From the NCBI GenBank assembly GCA_032718475.1, contig JAUCBJ010004971.1, forward strand, positions 1 to 49,823: a stretch of 49,823 nt of DNA. Direction: 5' to 3'. Each line of letters starts with the position of its first letter. The stretch's first letter is position 1. Shown here piece after piece: positions 24,997 to 36,545 of this stretch. Position numbers and translations under genes: made by a program. Under the pieces are notes generated by a model. That model was not told the DNA's origin. It was given only the letters and a program-made list of their open reading frames with translations, and searched no databases. The DNA comes from Nemertoderma westbladi (taxonomy: Eukaryota > Animalia > Xenacoelomorpha).

Positions 24997-26235
24997 ATGT
25001 CGCTCGATCAACATCGAAAAGCCGAATTGTTACAAACTCTCGACAAACTTACCTCACATATTCCGGACTACAAAATGCCAAATACCAAGAAAGACATTAT
25101 CGAAGAATTACAGAAAGAGAACCCATACGCCGTTCCAGTTATTTTAAGTCAGCTAACTCAAGAAGACTCTATCGATACCGGTACCAAAAGAAAAACAGAC
25201 GACAAAACGGACGTACAGAGAACGCGACTTCCTGATTTTTTTCCGAAGGATGCAAGAATCTGGTTTCAGCAAGTTGAAGCTATTATAGAAGGGCAGAAAG
25301 AACACTCTAAAAAGGCGAATCTTCTCACAGCAATTCCGATGGATACAATCCTCGAATCAGGGGTTAAAGTCAATGATACCTTTGATACCATAAAAACTAA
25401 TATTGTATCGCACTTGGCAGACAGCGATGAAAAGCGATTACGCAAACTTTTAGAAGAACAAGAACTTGGTGATCGGAAGCCATCTGCAGCCCATCGGCAG
25501 ATGCAACGCATTGCAGCAGGAAATGGCAACGATCAAATTATTCGATTGCGGTTCCTAGAAATCATGCCTCCAATAGTAAGTACTGTACTGAGTACACTTC
25601 CAGAACTGTCTTTGGAGAAACTCGCCCAACTTGCAGATAAAATGATTGAACAACAGAGTTCTAATTCTCACAACTCCTCTACTCCATCTTCATCTCCAAT
25701 TTCCCAAGTTGCCGATAACAGTTATCGCCAACAAACCTCGAAAATAAAATTACTTCCACAAAACCTACTAATGGAATCCCAAAGAGCGCTCACAGAGCAG
25801 GTTGTTGAAATAAGTGCGCAACTTCGAGCTATGTCCAACTCAAATGCGCGGGACTCTCGTTCGAGGAATCGGGATCCGAGCTCATCAAGAAGCCGGACAC
25901 CATATCGCACTCGCTCGCAATCGCGTGGACGGGAATAAAACCCCCAAGGATCCTGGTGCTACTACCACTTCCGTTTTGGCCATGAAGCTTCTAACTGTCA
26001 GCCGCCATGTGATTACAGGCTTGGTAACAACAATTCGCGCTCAGTTCCAAAACCATCAAATCCACATATGGGTGATTCCAAATCCAATCATAATACTACT
26101 AATAATGTTTGCTCAGTTCAAGTTAAAGCTGACCCTGTAGGACAGTTTTTAGTTGATTCGGGCAGCGATTTTTCAATTATACCCCAGTCATATAGTAACC
26201 TTTTGGTTAACTTTTCACAACAGTCACATACTAGA
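24997..26235 (+). pseudogene. Gypsy gag and protease N-half (in-frame TAA at 25936-25938)
   Basis: RLPDFFPKDARIWFQQVEA, LGDRKPS; after the stop, WCYYHFRFGHEASNCQPPC and then FLVDSGSDFSIIP in the same frame. Confidence 0.88.
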
Positions 26236-26487
26236 TTTATTATTGATAGTAACAATGTGTTGGCAAGCTGTATTTTTCGAGGTATTTGTTATTATACATT
26301 TATTATTAGGAAGGGATATAGGGGTCTTAACCTCGAGTGATAAATTTATTTTACCGAAAATAACTTATCTTTTATTGGCGCAATTGTAGGACTAATCCCA
26401 TCACATGCGTACTTTTTAACCGGGTATTGTACAAATTTGGGAATCGCGTATTTTTTTTCTTGAAATTAATATCTCATATCTCTCCAA

Positions 26488-26530
26488 ACCACATACGCGT
26501 TTCGACCTTACTGGGTCTCATCAGCGTGGT
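26488..26530 (-). ncRNA. Minimal type I hammerhead ribozyme copy 1
   Basis: ACCACG-CUGAUGA-GACC-CAGUAA-GGUC-GAAAC-GC-GUA-UGUGGU (G:U pair in helix I). Confidence 0.85.
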
Positions 26531-26900
26531 GTCGGATTAGAACCTGGGACCTCGAGGTGGAAGCCGAGACTACAACCACTAGGCCACAGGGTCTTGAGAT
26601 ATGGAGTATTAATTTCAAAGCCAGCTGCCATTTTATTAGCCCCTGATTTTTATTATTGATAGTAACAGTGTGTTGGCAAGCTGTATTTTTCGAGGTATTT
26701 GTTATTATACATTTATTTTTAGGAAGGGATATAGGGGTCTTAACCTCGAGTGATAAATTTATTTTACCGAAAATAACTTATCTTTTATTGGCGCAATTGT
26801 AGGACTAATCCCATCACATGCGTACTTTTTAACCGGGTATTGTACAAATTTGGGAATCGCGTATTTTTTTTCTTGAAATTAATATCTCATATCTCTCCAA

Positions 26901-26943
26901 ACCACGTACGCGTTTCGACCTTACTGGGTCTCATCAGCGTGGT
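26901..26943 (-). ncRNA. Minimal type I hammerhead ribozyme copy 2
   Basis: ACCACG-CUGAUGA-GACC-CAGUAA-GGUC-GAAAC-GC-GUA-CGUGGU. Confidence 0.88.
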
Positions 26944-27320
26944 GTAGGATTAGAACCTGGGACCTCGAGGTGGAAGCCGAGAGAACAACCACTAGGCCAC
27001 AGGGTCTTGAGATATGGAGTATTAATTACAAAGCCAGCTGCCATTTTATTAGCCCCTGATTTTTATTATTGATAGTAACAATGTGTTGGCAAGCTGTATT
27101 TTTCGAGGTATTTGTTATTATACATTTATTATTAGGAAGGGATATAGGGGTCTTAACCTCGAGTGATAAATTTATTTTACCGAAAATAACTTATCTTTTA
27201 TTGGCGCAATTGTAGGACTAATCCCATCACATGCGTACTTTTTAACCGGGTATTGTACAAATTTGGGAATCGTGTATTTTTATTTTTTTTTCTTGAAATT
27301 AATATCTCATATCTCTCCAA

Positions 27321-27363
27321 ACCACGTACGCGTTTCGACCTTACTGGGTCTCATCAGCGTGGT
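27321..27363 (-). ncRNA. Minimal type I hammerhead ribozyme copy 3
   Basis: Same core and helices as copy 2. Confidence 0.88.
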
Positions 27364-27640
27364 GTCAGATTAGAACCTGGGACCTCGAGGTGGAAGCCGA
27401 GACTACAACCACTAGGCCACAGGTTCTTGAGATATGGAGTATTAATTTCAAAGCTAGCTGCCATTTTGTTAGCCCCTGATTTTTATCACTCGAGGTTAAG
27501 ACCCCTATATCCCTTCCTAATATGTATAATAACAAATACCTCGAAAAATACAGCTTGCCAACACATTGTTACTATCAATAATAAAAATCAGGGGCTAATA
27601 AAATGGCAGCTGGCTTTGAAATTAATACTCCATATCTCAA

Positions 27641-27703
27641 GACCCTGTGGCCTAGTGGTTGTAGTCTCGGCTTCCACCTCGAGGTCCCAGGTTCTAATCC
27701 GAC
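27641..27703 (+). promoter_or_regulatory. tRNA-derived Pol III internal promoter (A box TGGCCTAGTGG, B box GGTTCTAATCC) directly 5' of the hammerhead
   Basis: gaccctgTGGCCTAGTGGttgtagtctcggcttccacctcgaggtcccaGGTTCTAATCC with tRNA-like spacing; present in all four units. Confidence 0.7.
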
Positions 27704-27746
27704 ACCATGCTGATGAGACCCAGTAAGGTCGAAACGCGTACGTGGT
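27704..27746 (+). ncRNA. Minimal type I hammerhead ribozyme copy 4 (inverted unit)
   Basis: accatg ctgatga gacc cagtaa ggtc gaaac gc gta cgtggt. Confidence 0.88.
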
Positions 27747-27944
27747 TTGGAGAGATATGAGATATTAATTTCAAGAAAAAAAATACGCGATTCCCAAATT
27801 TGTACAATACCCGGTTAAAAAGTACGCATGTGATGGGATTAGTCCTACAATTGCGCCAATAAAAGATAAGTTATTTTTGGTAAAATAAATTTATCACTCG
27901 AGGTTAAGACCCCTATATCCCTTCCTAATAATAAACATACTAGA

Positions 27945-29739
27945 TTGACTGCTGCGAATTCATCCAATATTAGAACATACGGACGTGGCGAATTAATATT
28001 TACTATTCCTACTTTAGGAAATAAGCAATTTAATTGGAATTTTATTGTGGCAGACGTGAGCCAGCCTATACTAGGTTTGGATTTTTTGAAATATTTTGAT
28101 ATAAATATTGATTGTAAAAACAGTACTATAATCATGAAACCATCAGTAAGCAGTGAAACGAATCACATACATTGTGATAATGAAGAAATATTTACAGAGT
28201 GTGAAACGGATAATTCCACTTTTACTAATATTTTTTGCGTAAAAAAATATTTCTTGATTTTTGTTGTATTGTTTATGAATTTAACATATTTTCTCGCCAA
28301 CAACAGAGCAATGTTGTCAAGTATTTTATTGACTTTTGGAGTGGGTATGTGTTTTTCAAGCATACTTGGTATAACCAGTGACATGTGTGCTGTAGGGAAT
28401 ACTGCAACTTATAAACTCAATTTAATCAGTTTAGCTCAAGTATTGTAAATAATTTTAATTCAACATCGAAAATGAGACATTCACTTAGTGAACACAAATC
28501 GGTGTTTACAGAAATATCAGCTGATGACATAATAAAACACCCCATCAAACATCACATAATAACCAGTGGTCCACCGTGTAACACTAAACCAAGACGTATG
28601 TATGGCGATCGTCTAAATGCTGCTATTAAATAATTTGATTTTCTACTGAATCGGAATGTAGTAGAACGCCGAGAATCACCCTGGTCATCAGCATTGCACA
28701 CAGTTGTAAAACCCGATAACTCTATAAGGCCCTGTGGTGATTACAGGAGATTGAATAAGCAAACTTTGCCTGACACATATCCTATGCCCAATATCTCAGA
28801 CATAACTAACAATTTTCGTGATTGTATAATTTTTACAAAAATTGACTTAACCAAGGCATTTCACCAAATTCCAATGGCTGAAGAAGATGTCCCTAAGACA
28901 TCTATAACAACACCTTTTGGAATGTTCTGTTACCTAAAAATGCCATTTGGACTTAGAAACGCAGCACAAACCTTTCAAAGATTAATGGACACTACATTAT
29001 ATGGGCTAGAATGTGCTGTAGGTTATATGGATGATATTTTGGTTGGAAGTAAGAGTGAAGAGCAGCATTACCATGATGTTAAACTGGTTCTAGAACGTTT
29101 AGAAAAATTTGGTCTTAAAGCCAAACTGTCAAAATGCATATTTTTTACACAAGAAGTTAATTTTCTCGGCTATATTGTATCAAAGACAGGTGTTCGCCCA
29201 AATCCATCAAAAATTGAAGCCATCAGAGTATTTCATGAACCGACATCAATAAAATCATTAAAACGGTTCATTGAGATGTGTGGTTTTTACCACAGGTTTA
29301 TTCCACATTTCTCTGAGATTTCTGCACCCCTTACCGATCTCACCAGAGATAAAAAAAAGAACCAAGATTTAGTTTTAACGCCAGAAGGAAATTGCGCCTT
29401 TGTAAAACTGAAACAGGCTCTTGCAAACGCAGTAACCTTATCATTTCCAAAAAGAGATACCCCAATAACAATCACAACTGAGATGCATCCAACGTTGCTC
29501 TTGGTGCTGTTATTCACCAGGAAGTAGATGGTAAATTAGAGCCACTAGCTTTTTATTCAAAAAAATTAACACCGAATGAGTGCAGAAAATCTACCTTCGA
29601 TAGAGAACTATTGGCTATTTACTCTGGGTTAAAACATCACGAATGGCTGCTCGGGCAAAATCTAACCATACTAACTGATCATAAACCTCTAACTCGATGT
29701 CTAGAAATGAAAAATCCGACTCCCCAGCAATCTCGCTGG
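27945..29739 (+). pseudogene. Gypsy protease C-half, RT and RNase H (stops and frameshifts)
   Basis: PILGLDFL, RPCGDYRRLN, MPFGLRNAAQTFQR, YMDDILV, LTDHKPL. Confidence 0.92.
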
Positions 29740-29744
29740 ACGGT

Positions 29745-31610
29745 CAGGGCCCTAAACCGATTAGGTTCTCTGTTCGCAGAACACCGAACACTATTCCGGC
29801 CACGGAACTAGTCCAGCAGAATGCCTTTATAGAATCCTGGGATTTGGGGGACGAGAGGATCTCAGCATCTAAGCGAAAACGAACAATAGGATGTTCCTAG
29901 ACCCCCCCCCAAAATTTATCCAGACAACTTTTCGCCATACATAATGTGTTAAAAAAGGCTCAAGGCTTGCTCCAATCGAAAAACTTAACATTACAAAAAG
30001 ATTCAGCGACCCCACATTAGTCATGATTCCCGTTAAAAGATTTAAAAAAAAGTGAATTTTTCCCGGTCAAAACGTAAGATCATGATCGCGCAAAGATCGG
30101 ACTTCGTAAAATCGTAACTAAGCATTTTGGATATAAACAATTACTGTAGGAAACGTTCAGAATACGCCCTGAGTCGATTGAAAAAAAAATTGGCTCGATC
30201 GGACAACCGGTTCTCGAGATCTGATACCTGATCATTAAAGATCATATTTTTCGGTTTTTTCCAATTTTCTCGAAAACTTTGTTTGAGACCCCCGATTTTT
30301 TTTTTACGAATCGACTTCTATTAAGAAGGGGCAACTTTTGGGCATTTCGAAATTTTCAAAAAGCGATTTGATCAGGCCATGATCAGGAAAGATCATGTTT
30401 TCGGTTTTATTTCGAAGACCAAGTCCTGTGAGTTCACCGTATGAAAAAACTTAACATTACAAAAAGATTCCTCACCCTCGAATTAGGGGGGGTAGCCAAA
30501 ATTTGACCATAAAAAAGTTCAATTCTAGGGGGTCAAAAGATCATGATCGCAAAATGATCAGTTTTTTCGTAATTACTTCTGAGCATTTTGGGGCAAAACT
30601 TTCAAACTAAAAAACATTCACTGGAGTGTTCTAAGTAGATTAAAAAAAATTTCGACTCAATAGGCCTACCGGTACCGGAGATATGGTCGTCCAAAGTCTG
30701 CTTCCGGTAATTCGAAAATATTTCGAAAACCCTTGATCGAATTTTTTCCTTGAAAATATGTGAATGTACAGTTAGTGGACCCGCATCTAACGATATATCA
30801 CAATCCATATTTCGGATGACAGGTACCGGTGAAATCAGACTTTACCGAAAAAAATTCAAATTTTTGCTACTCATGTCTGACTATCTCGAAAACTATAATA
30901 GGTATGGAAATACTTTCACTGCAAGAAATGTTCGCCTATCCAATGCGCTTCTATCTCTGTGCTCGGATTTTGCATAGTTTCAAAACCTACAACTTAACCC
31001 CCCCAGCGGAGGGAACGGAGTGACCGGAGCGCCAGTACTATCTTTCATTATTATGAAGTAATAAGGGCGGTGGGTGGGGTAGGTGGTGAACACTATTTAT
31101 AGGGTGGAGGGAGGGTCTAGTATATTACTTTAGGATATTTGATTTCTTTGCAATATAGTTTAGCTGCCTCAGTCTTATTTGTAATATGTTATACATTATA
31201 CCAAATTATATCAAGTTTTAACATACTGCATTGTTTACCTGTAGGAGAAATATACAATGTCGGGCTCATAATATATTTATAAATAGATTTAGTATAATTT
31301 ACATTGTATAACAGAGTTAATTGATACTATTACGGTATTATACTAAAGACGCCGCTTTGATATATCTGATCAAATGGCAATTTCTTGTATATTATCTATT
31401 TCACTATCTTGGGTATATCATTCAATTTCTAAAACTATAATAATAAACATTTACTTCACTTCTTGTTTACTCGCATGGATATATTGATATAAAACACTTC
31501 AGTATAATATCTTATAGGGCCAAACGCAGATTAATCGGAATAATATGTTTAATTATTATTACAATTGGCACATTGAAGTAAGTAGTACATGAGTTTGATA
31601 AAATAATGAA
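29745..31610. mobile_element. Non-coding insertion(s) interrupting Gypsy RNase H, probably DNA-transposon-derived
   Basis: Pol breaks at QQSRW (29739) and resumes at NIVADALSR (31620). The insert begins CAGGGCC and has a duplicated aaaaacttaacattacaaaaagattc; no matching TIR was found. Confidence 0.45.
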
Positions 31611-31619
31611 TGATAATAA

Positions 31620-32853
31620 AATATTGTGGCCGACGCCTTATCCAGACCATTAGCATTGATTACATTTGATAATATGGTTCAATTAGCCAATTAACAATTG
31701 GAGGATCAACATTTGCAGCAATTTTTCAGAACAACCTCATTGCCATTAAAAAAAAGTTTATGTAAATGAAGAAAAGTTCGTGTATTTTGATGACTCTACA
31801 TCGGTCCTCAGATCATATCTTCCCTCTAACTTGCGAAGAAAAGTATTCAATAATTTTCATTCATTGGCCCATGCTGGACCCAAAGAAACACTTAAATTAA
31901 TAGCAGCTCGTAATACATGGCCTGGCATGAATAAAGAAGTCAAACAATGGGCGAAGCAATGTCTAGCCTGCCAGAAATGTAAAATAACTGTCCATGTTAA
32001 GACACCTATTGGTTCAATCCCAACATGTTCCAGATTGGATTCTGTACATTTGGATATAGTGGGACCCCTTCCTCCTTCATGTGGGCACAAATATCTATTG
32101 ACTATTATAGATAGATTCACAAGATGGCCAGAAGTTGTCCCATTGCAGAATATTTCCACTGATGCAATTGCGAATGGTTTTATGTACTCTTGGATTAGCC
32201 GTTTTGGGGTACCTTATAAAATTATAACCGACAGAGGTTCTCAATTTGAATCTAGACTGTTTGGCATTCTCATTAAAAAACTAGGAATAGAGCGTTCTAG
32301 AACAACGTCTTATCACCCTTCATGTAATGGTATGATAGAGAGATGGCACAGGCAATTAAAAGCTTCGCTCCGTGCAAAATGTGTAAATTACAATTGGTAT
32401 CACGAGCTGCCATTAGTTCTACTTGGTCTACGATCTGCCATGGGAACTCATGGTTACTCCCCCGCTCAACTGTTATACGGCACAGAGTTACGTCTTCCAG
32501 GACAATTTCTAGAACCCGAAAACGTTGAATTGTTACCTGACTATGTTTCGAAATTATACAAAAGAGTAGACTCCTTTCAACCCCCAACAAGACTTCATAA
32601 GTCTAAGTCTTATGTTCCTAAAGATTTACACACTGCAACACATGTCTGGGTAAAGGATTCTAGAAAGCGTGGTTCCCTCACACCCTGTTACACTGGTCCA
32701 TATGAAGTTGTTGCTATGGATGAAAAAACTGTTACAATCCGAATCCGTGGTAAGAAAGAAATTGTCTCACTCGATCGCGTCAAACCAACAATAATGGCGA
32801 ATGAAGTATTGGCCTCGTCGCAGCAAAAACGAGTCAGGTTCAAATTAAACTGA
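31620..32853 (+). pseudogene. Gypsy integrase
   Basis: HHCC (HSLAH...CLAC), HLDIVGPLP, IITDRGSQF, NGMIERWHRQLK, GPY module. Confidence 0.92.
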
Positions 32854-33270
32854 TTTCTGCATAAAAGACCAAAATCTATGGTGTAAATTTGATAATAAAT
32901 ATAACAATAAAATGATTATAACAAAATCATTGATATATAATGAGAAATTCAATAAATATTTATCGCAACAAATATCAAATATGAAAAAGTTCAACTTAAA
33001 CAAAAAAATTAATAATTAACAGTTAAAAAAATAATTACTGTTTAGTAAAATAAGATACAAGATTAAATAGTAGTAAAGATTATGTATATTATTAGTAATA
33101 TATCAGTAAGATATTTTGGAATTTTGAGTGCTAATTTACGCTAAAGTGAAAATTTTTTAAATTGATACTAATTGAAAGGCTTATTGGTGTTATTGTAATG
33201 TAAGTTGTTTATTTTCATTATAAGAAAGATTTTTTAATTTATGCGCTCCGCTTAAAATGAAAGGAAGTTA

Positions 33271-33505
33271 TATAGGGATCTAAGTGCATAAAAAATAAAA
33301 ATTATATTATTCAATTAATGCCGATATTGTATTGTTATTGCCTACACAGTGTTCTATACAGTGCAACAATAATTAGGCCTATATAGTTATAACCTGAACA
33401 ATGCTTAATAAATACTGAAATATATTCTGCACACTCTGAATGTTTCCATCTTTCGGTGGCCCCTTATTCTTGTTTTATAATGCTGTTGTGGGAAAAGACC
33501 CCACA
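33271..33505 (+). repeat. Gypsy 3' LTR
   Basis: Purine tract gaaaggaagtta, then tataggg (TGT start apparently mutated) ... ccccaca. Confidence 0.88.
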
Positions 33506-34130
33506 ATGTCCACCGGGTCACTCAGGTCGGACCATTCCCGGACGTCAAGAATTTCATCAAGATCTAGAATATTGGAAACTGATCGCATTCTGAGCGATAA
33601 GATGGGAATCCTACAATGCACTCAAGAACAAGAACAAACTAGAAAACTCAAAGAATATGAGGCCTGAAGGTACGCTGAAATGTTGGAAAGCAAAAATAAA
33701 AAATTAAAACTTCAAGCGGAACAACAAAAGTCCGAAACAAGACGTAAAACAAAAGATCAAAGGTTAGAAATAAATAAACAAAAACTAGAGATGGAACATC
33801 AAACAGAACAAAAATATTGTAAGTGGTACTCCAAGCGGAACGAAAAAGGCGATTTCCAACAGGAGGAACAACTAAGAATGGCGGAACAACAAAGAATAGA
33901 CTGGGCGCTCCAATTACATCATAAAGAAAGGGAACTTGACTGTAGCGCTCAACTCTTTATGTGAAACACAAGTCGCTACAGAGTAAAGAATTAGTATGGA
34001 GGAAGTTGAAGTTAAAAGGAGTGAAGGAGAAGATGTTCCAGAACCCACTATTCCGAACATTACCCTAATAGACACTAGAAGCTTCCTAGACCATCTTCAA
34101 TACGAACCTATACTACACTTATAGATGAAT
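33506..34130 (+). pseudogene. Degenerate Ser/Arg plus coiled-coil ORF (gag N-terminus-like)
   Basis: SRTSRISSRS followed by E/Q/K-rich heptads broken by stops and frameshifts. Confidence 0.35.
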
Positions 34131-34728
34131 CGACGAGTAATGATAATGAAGGTTGCAAATTACTTGCATAAACTCTGAATAATAAGTATTATGCTACCTT
34201 TACAGATTATCAAAACAAAACACAAACTGAAATGCTGACAGACCACCACCAAATCTAAAATAAACTACAGTAGATGAAGTTTCTGAAATTATTAGTTATT
34301 ACACGTTCCAAACTACGTGGTACGACTTATTCTTTAATGGGGGGTTTACCTTACAGCAATGGATGCCCCAACTACCTAACTAGCACTTTATCATACCAAT
34401 AACCTACAATACCGTAATCTACGTCAAATCCAACAATAATCAGGCCTATGGATTACTTCTACAATCTGAGCAGGATTACACACCTTCTGCTCAATATTAC
34501 ACTTACAGATAAATAAACAAAGTTGACAGAAATAAGTAAAATCTCAATAAAAAACCAGGGCTGCAGTCCCTGATTAACTACTAAGACCTACTGATATATA
34601 ATTATCACAATAGAATTAATACTGCTATACGGCACCAGACCAACACCGCTAGGCCTACACGTTACCGTTTGACCGGTAAAGTACAGGTTTATTGTCCTAC
34701 GGAACAATAAAAAGAATAAATCTATTAC

Positions 34729-35623
34729 TGTTCGCGCTTTTAGACCTGTAACAGTTTAACCTGCTAATTTATATGTCTATTAATACCTGACAGCCCAATA
34801 CAAATGAGCACAGCCGAAGCCAGTCTAGCACGGCGTATGACCCACCGGAGGTGGGAGACTGGATTCGATAGCAGAGAGAGCCATATGACACCTTGTATCA
34901 TTCGATTGATCTTTACTATATAATCTCCAAAACTCCCAACTATTTACATTAATCCATATGTTATAAATTACAACAGATTATAACAGCGTAAATCAGTATA
35001 AAATTGTGGTGTTGCGGCAATATCAGACAGTCAGTATGTGTCGCAGTGTAAGTATGCAAAGTCTGAGAAATTAACATGATGCAAACGTATAGACATGTCA
35101 ATGTTGTGTCAACGTGTAATAGATTTGCGTTCTGTATCTCTCTAGCCACTGGTGTTTCTGGGCGCAAAGTCAGGAAGTGTATAAACACTCACACTGAGGG
35201 GCTGCAAGAATATTATTGCCTAAGTAGTCCAAAAAGCATTAATCACATCGAACGCTGTAGAACATATGGAATCTGCAAGAACTTCTAATCAGGGACCAGT
35301 AACCATGTCATCAACCCATAACCAATGGATCCGGTAATTCAGGCTATGGTGTGACCTAGGGGGAAAAGTATACTGATTGGACAGTGAACAACACAGAAGG
35401 ATGCAAACAAAGAGAATAGTATCCAATGGCTGGTGATTTCGTAATCTGAGCATCTGGGTTTCTGTAGGAGTACATAGGAAAGTGCTATACTTAGAATAAA
35501 CGCTGGAGGGAGTAAGTTCACATTAGTTCATAAAATACAAAGTTCTTAAGAGTTTTTCAAGGGTTTAGAGTAACCAGCGCATTGTGTGAAAATGGGGTCA
35601 TTTTGGCCGCAAAAGTTTTAACA
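34729..35623 (-). repeat. LTR-B 5' LTR with ~380-bp internal deletion
   Basis: Lacks the segment ~21131-21509 present in the other LTR. Confidence 0.88.
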
Positions 35624-36330
35624 ATCATTTACATTTATATTTAAAATTTATATATATTTATTATTACTATAATGCTATATATTGGTTATTAAATTCTGTA
35701 TTATGTTGTCTTTAGTTTATCACATTTTCATTTGATCAAATTATGAAGTGGACAACACGTCATATGCTGAATGGCATCTAATCTAATATACTTAGTTAGT
35801 AACAAAGCGTTTTATACTTGGGTTGATTGGTGTGGCCAGGGTCTGGTGTGGGTTGGTTGATTAGTTGCCAGGGTAATATGTTCTAGAATAACGACATAGA
35901 AACAATTGACATTTTCAAATAAAAAAAATGCAGAGAGCTGCTGAGCTGAATATTTAAGAAGACGGTTGAACCAAGCCCGAATTTCATGTCAGGCAAACGA
36001 GACTTACTGCTGCGCCTGTACTTCTATCACTTTCCGTTCACTAGTACCAAAGGTATTGTCCATGGTAATTTCCTGCACATTTAAGGCCCGGGTTCTTACC
36101 TTGAATCAATCCTTGTGCCCCGCGCTCAGGCCCTTCGCGATTTCAGGTACCCCCCCCCCCTTGCTATTATTATTATTTTTTTTTATCTTTATTTGATTGC
36201 TATTTTCACTTAATTAACAGCTATAATTTCTTTGCATTGCAGTTATTAATTTTTGCAGATTATAACACCAGAAATGTCTGAAATGCAGGTTAAAGTAACC
36301 AATAATAACTAACGCACGTAGGCCATTTGA

Positions 36331-36545
36331 TTAAAAAGTACATTGACACCATGATTCAAGTGAAAAATTAGCTTCTATTTAGGTAAAACTAACTAATGTT
36401 TGGCTAATAGCCATAAGTGTAGAATCCTGTACCGAACACAGATTTGGTAGGATATATCGTTGCTTTTATGATATCTCTCTAAACGGGATAGAGACTGGGA
36501 TTACCTATTTAATTTCAATTACTAATTTATCTTCAAAATTGTTAT
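36331..36545 (+). pseudogene. Duplicated 3' end and 3' flank of the SLC35G-like gene
   Basis: Matches 19961-20133 plus 20550-20590, has a 1-nt deletion in the coding part, and lacks the MITE. Confidence 0.85.

Larger units (their letters stand above)
26236..27935. mobile_element. Tandem/inverted array of ~413-bp hammerhead-containing units (retrozyme/Penelope-pLTR/SINE-like) with 9-bp TSD
   Basis: Three minus-strand units plus one inverted unit (~27482-27935). TSD catactaga at 26227-26235 and 27936-27944; removing the insert restores the protease frame QSHTRLTAAN. Confidence 0.9.
24611..33505 (+). mobile_element. Ty3/Gypsy retrotransposon, CsRN1/Kabuki/Boudicca lineage, disrupted
   Basis: LTRs at 24611-24831 and 33271-33505, tRNA-Trp PBS, CHCC Gag motif (C-x2-H-x9-C-x3-C), PR-RT-RH-IN domain order. 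Confidence 0.92.
20920..35623 (-). mobile_element. Non-autonomous LTR element (LTR-B, BEL-like termini) with 5-bp TSD ATCAT, carrying a nested Gypsy
   Basis: TG...CA LTRs at 20920-22199 and 34729-35623; atcat at 20915-20919 and 35624-35628; PPT-like tgggagcgg before 22199 on minus. Confidence 0.85.

Noticed and set aside
26236-27935. CRISPR-like array or a true tRNA gene
   Set aside because: Units are wholly repeated with no unique spacers. The tRNA-like part has A/B boxes but no convincing acceptor stem and runs directly into the hammerhead.
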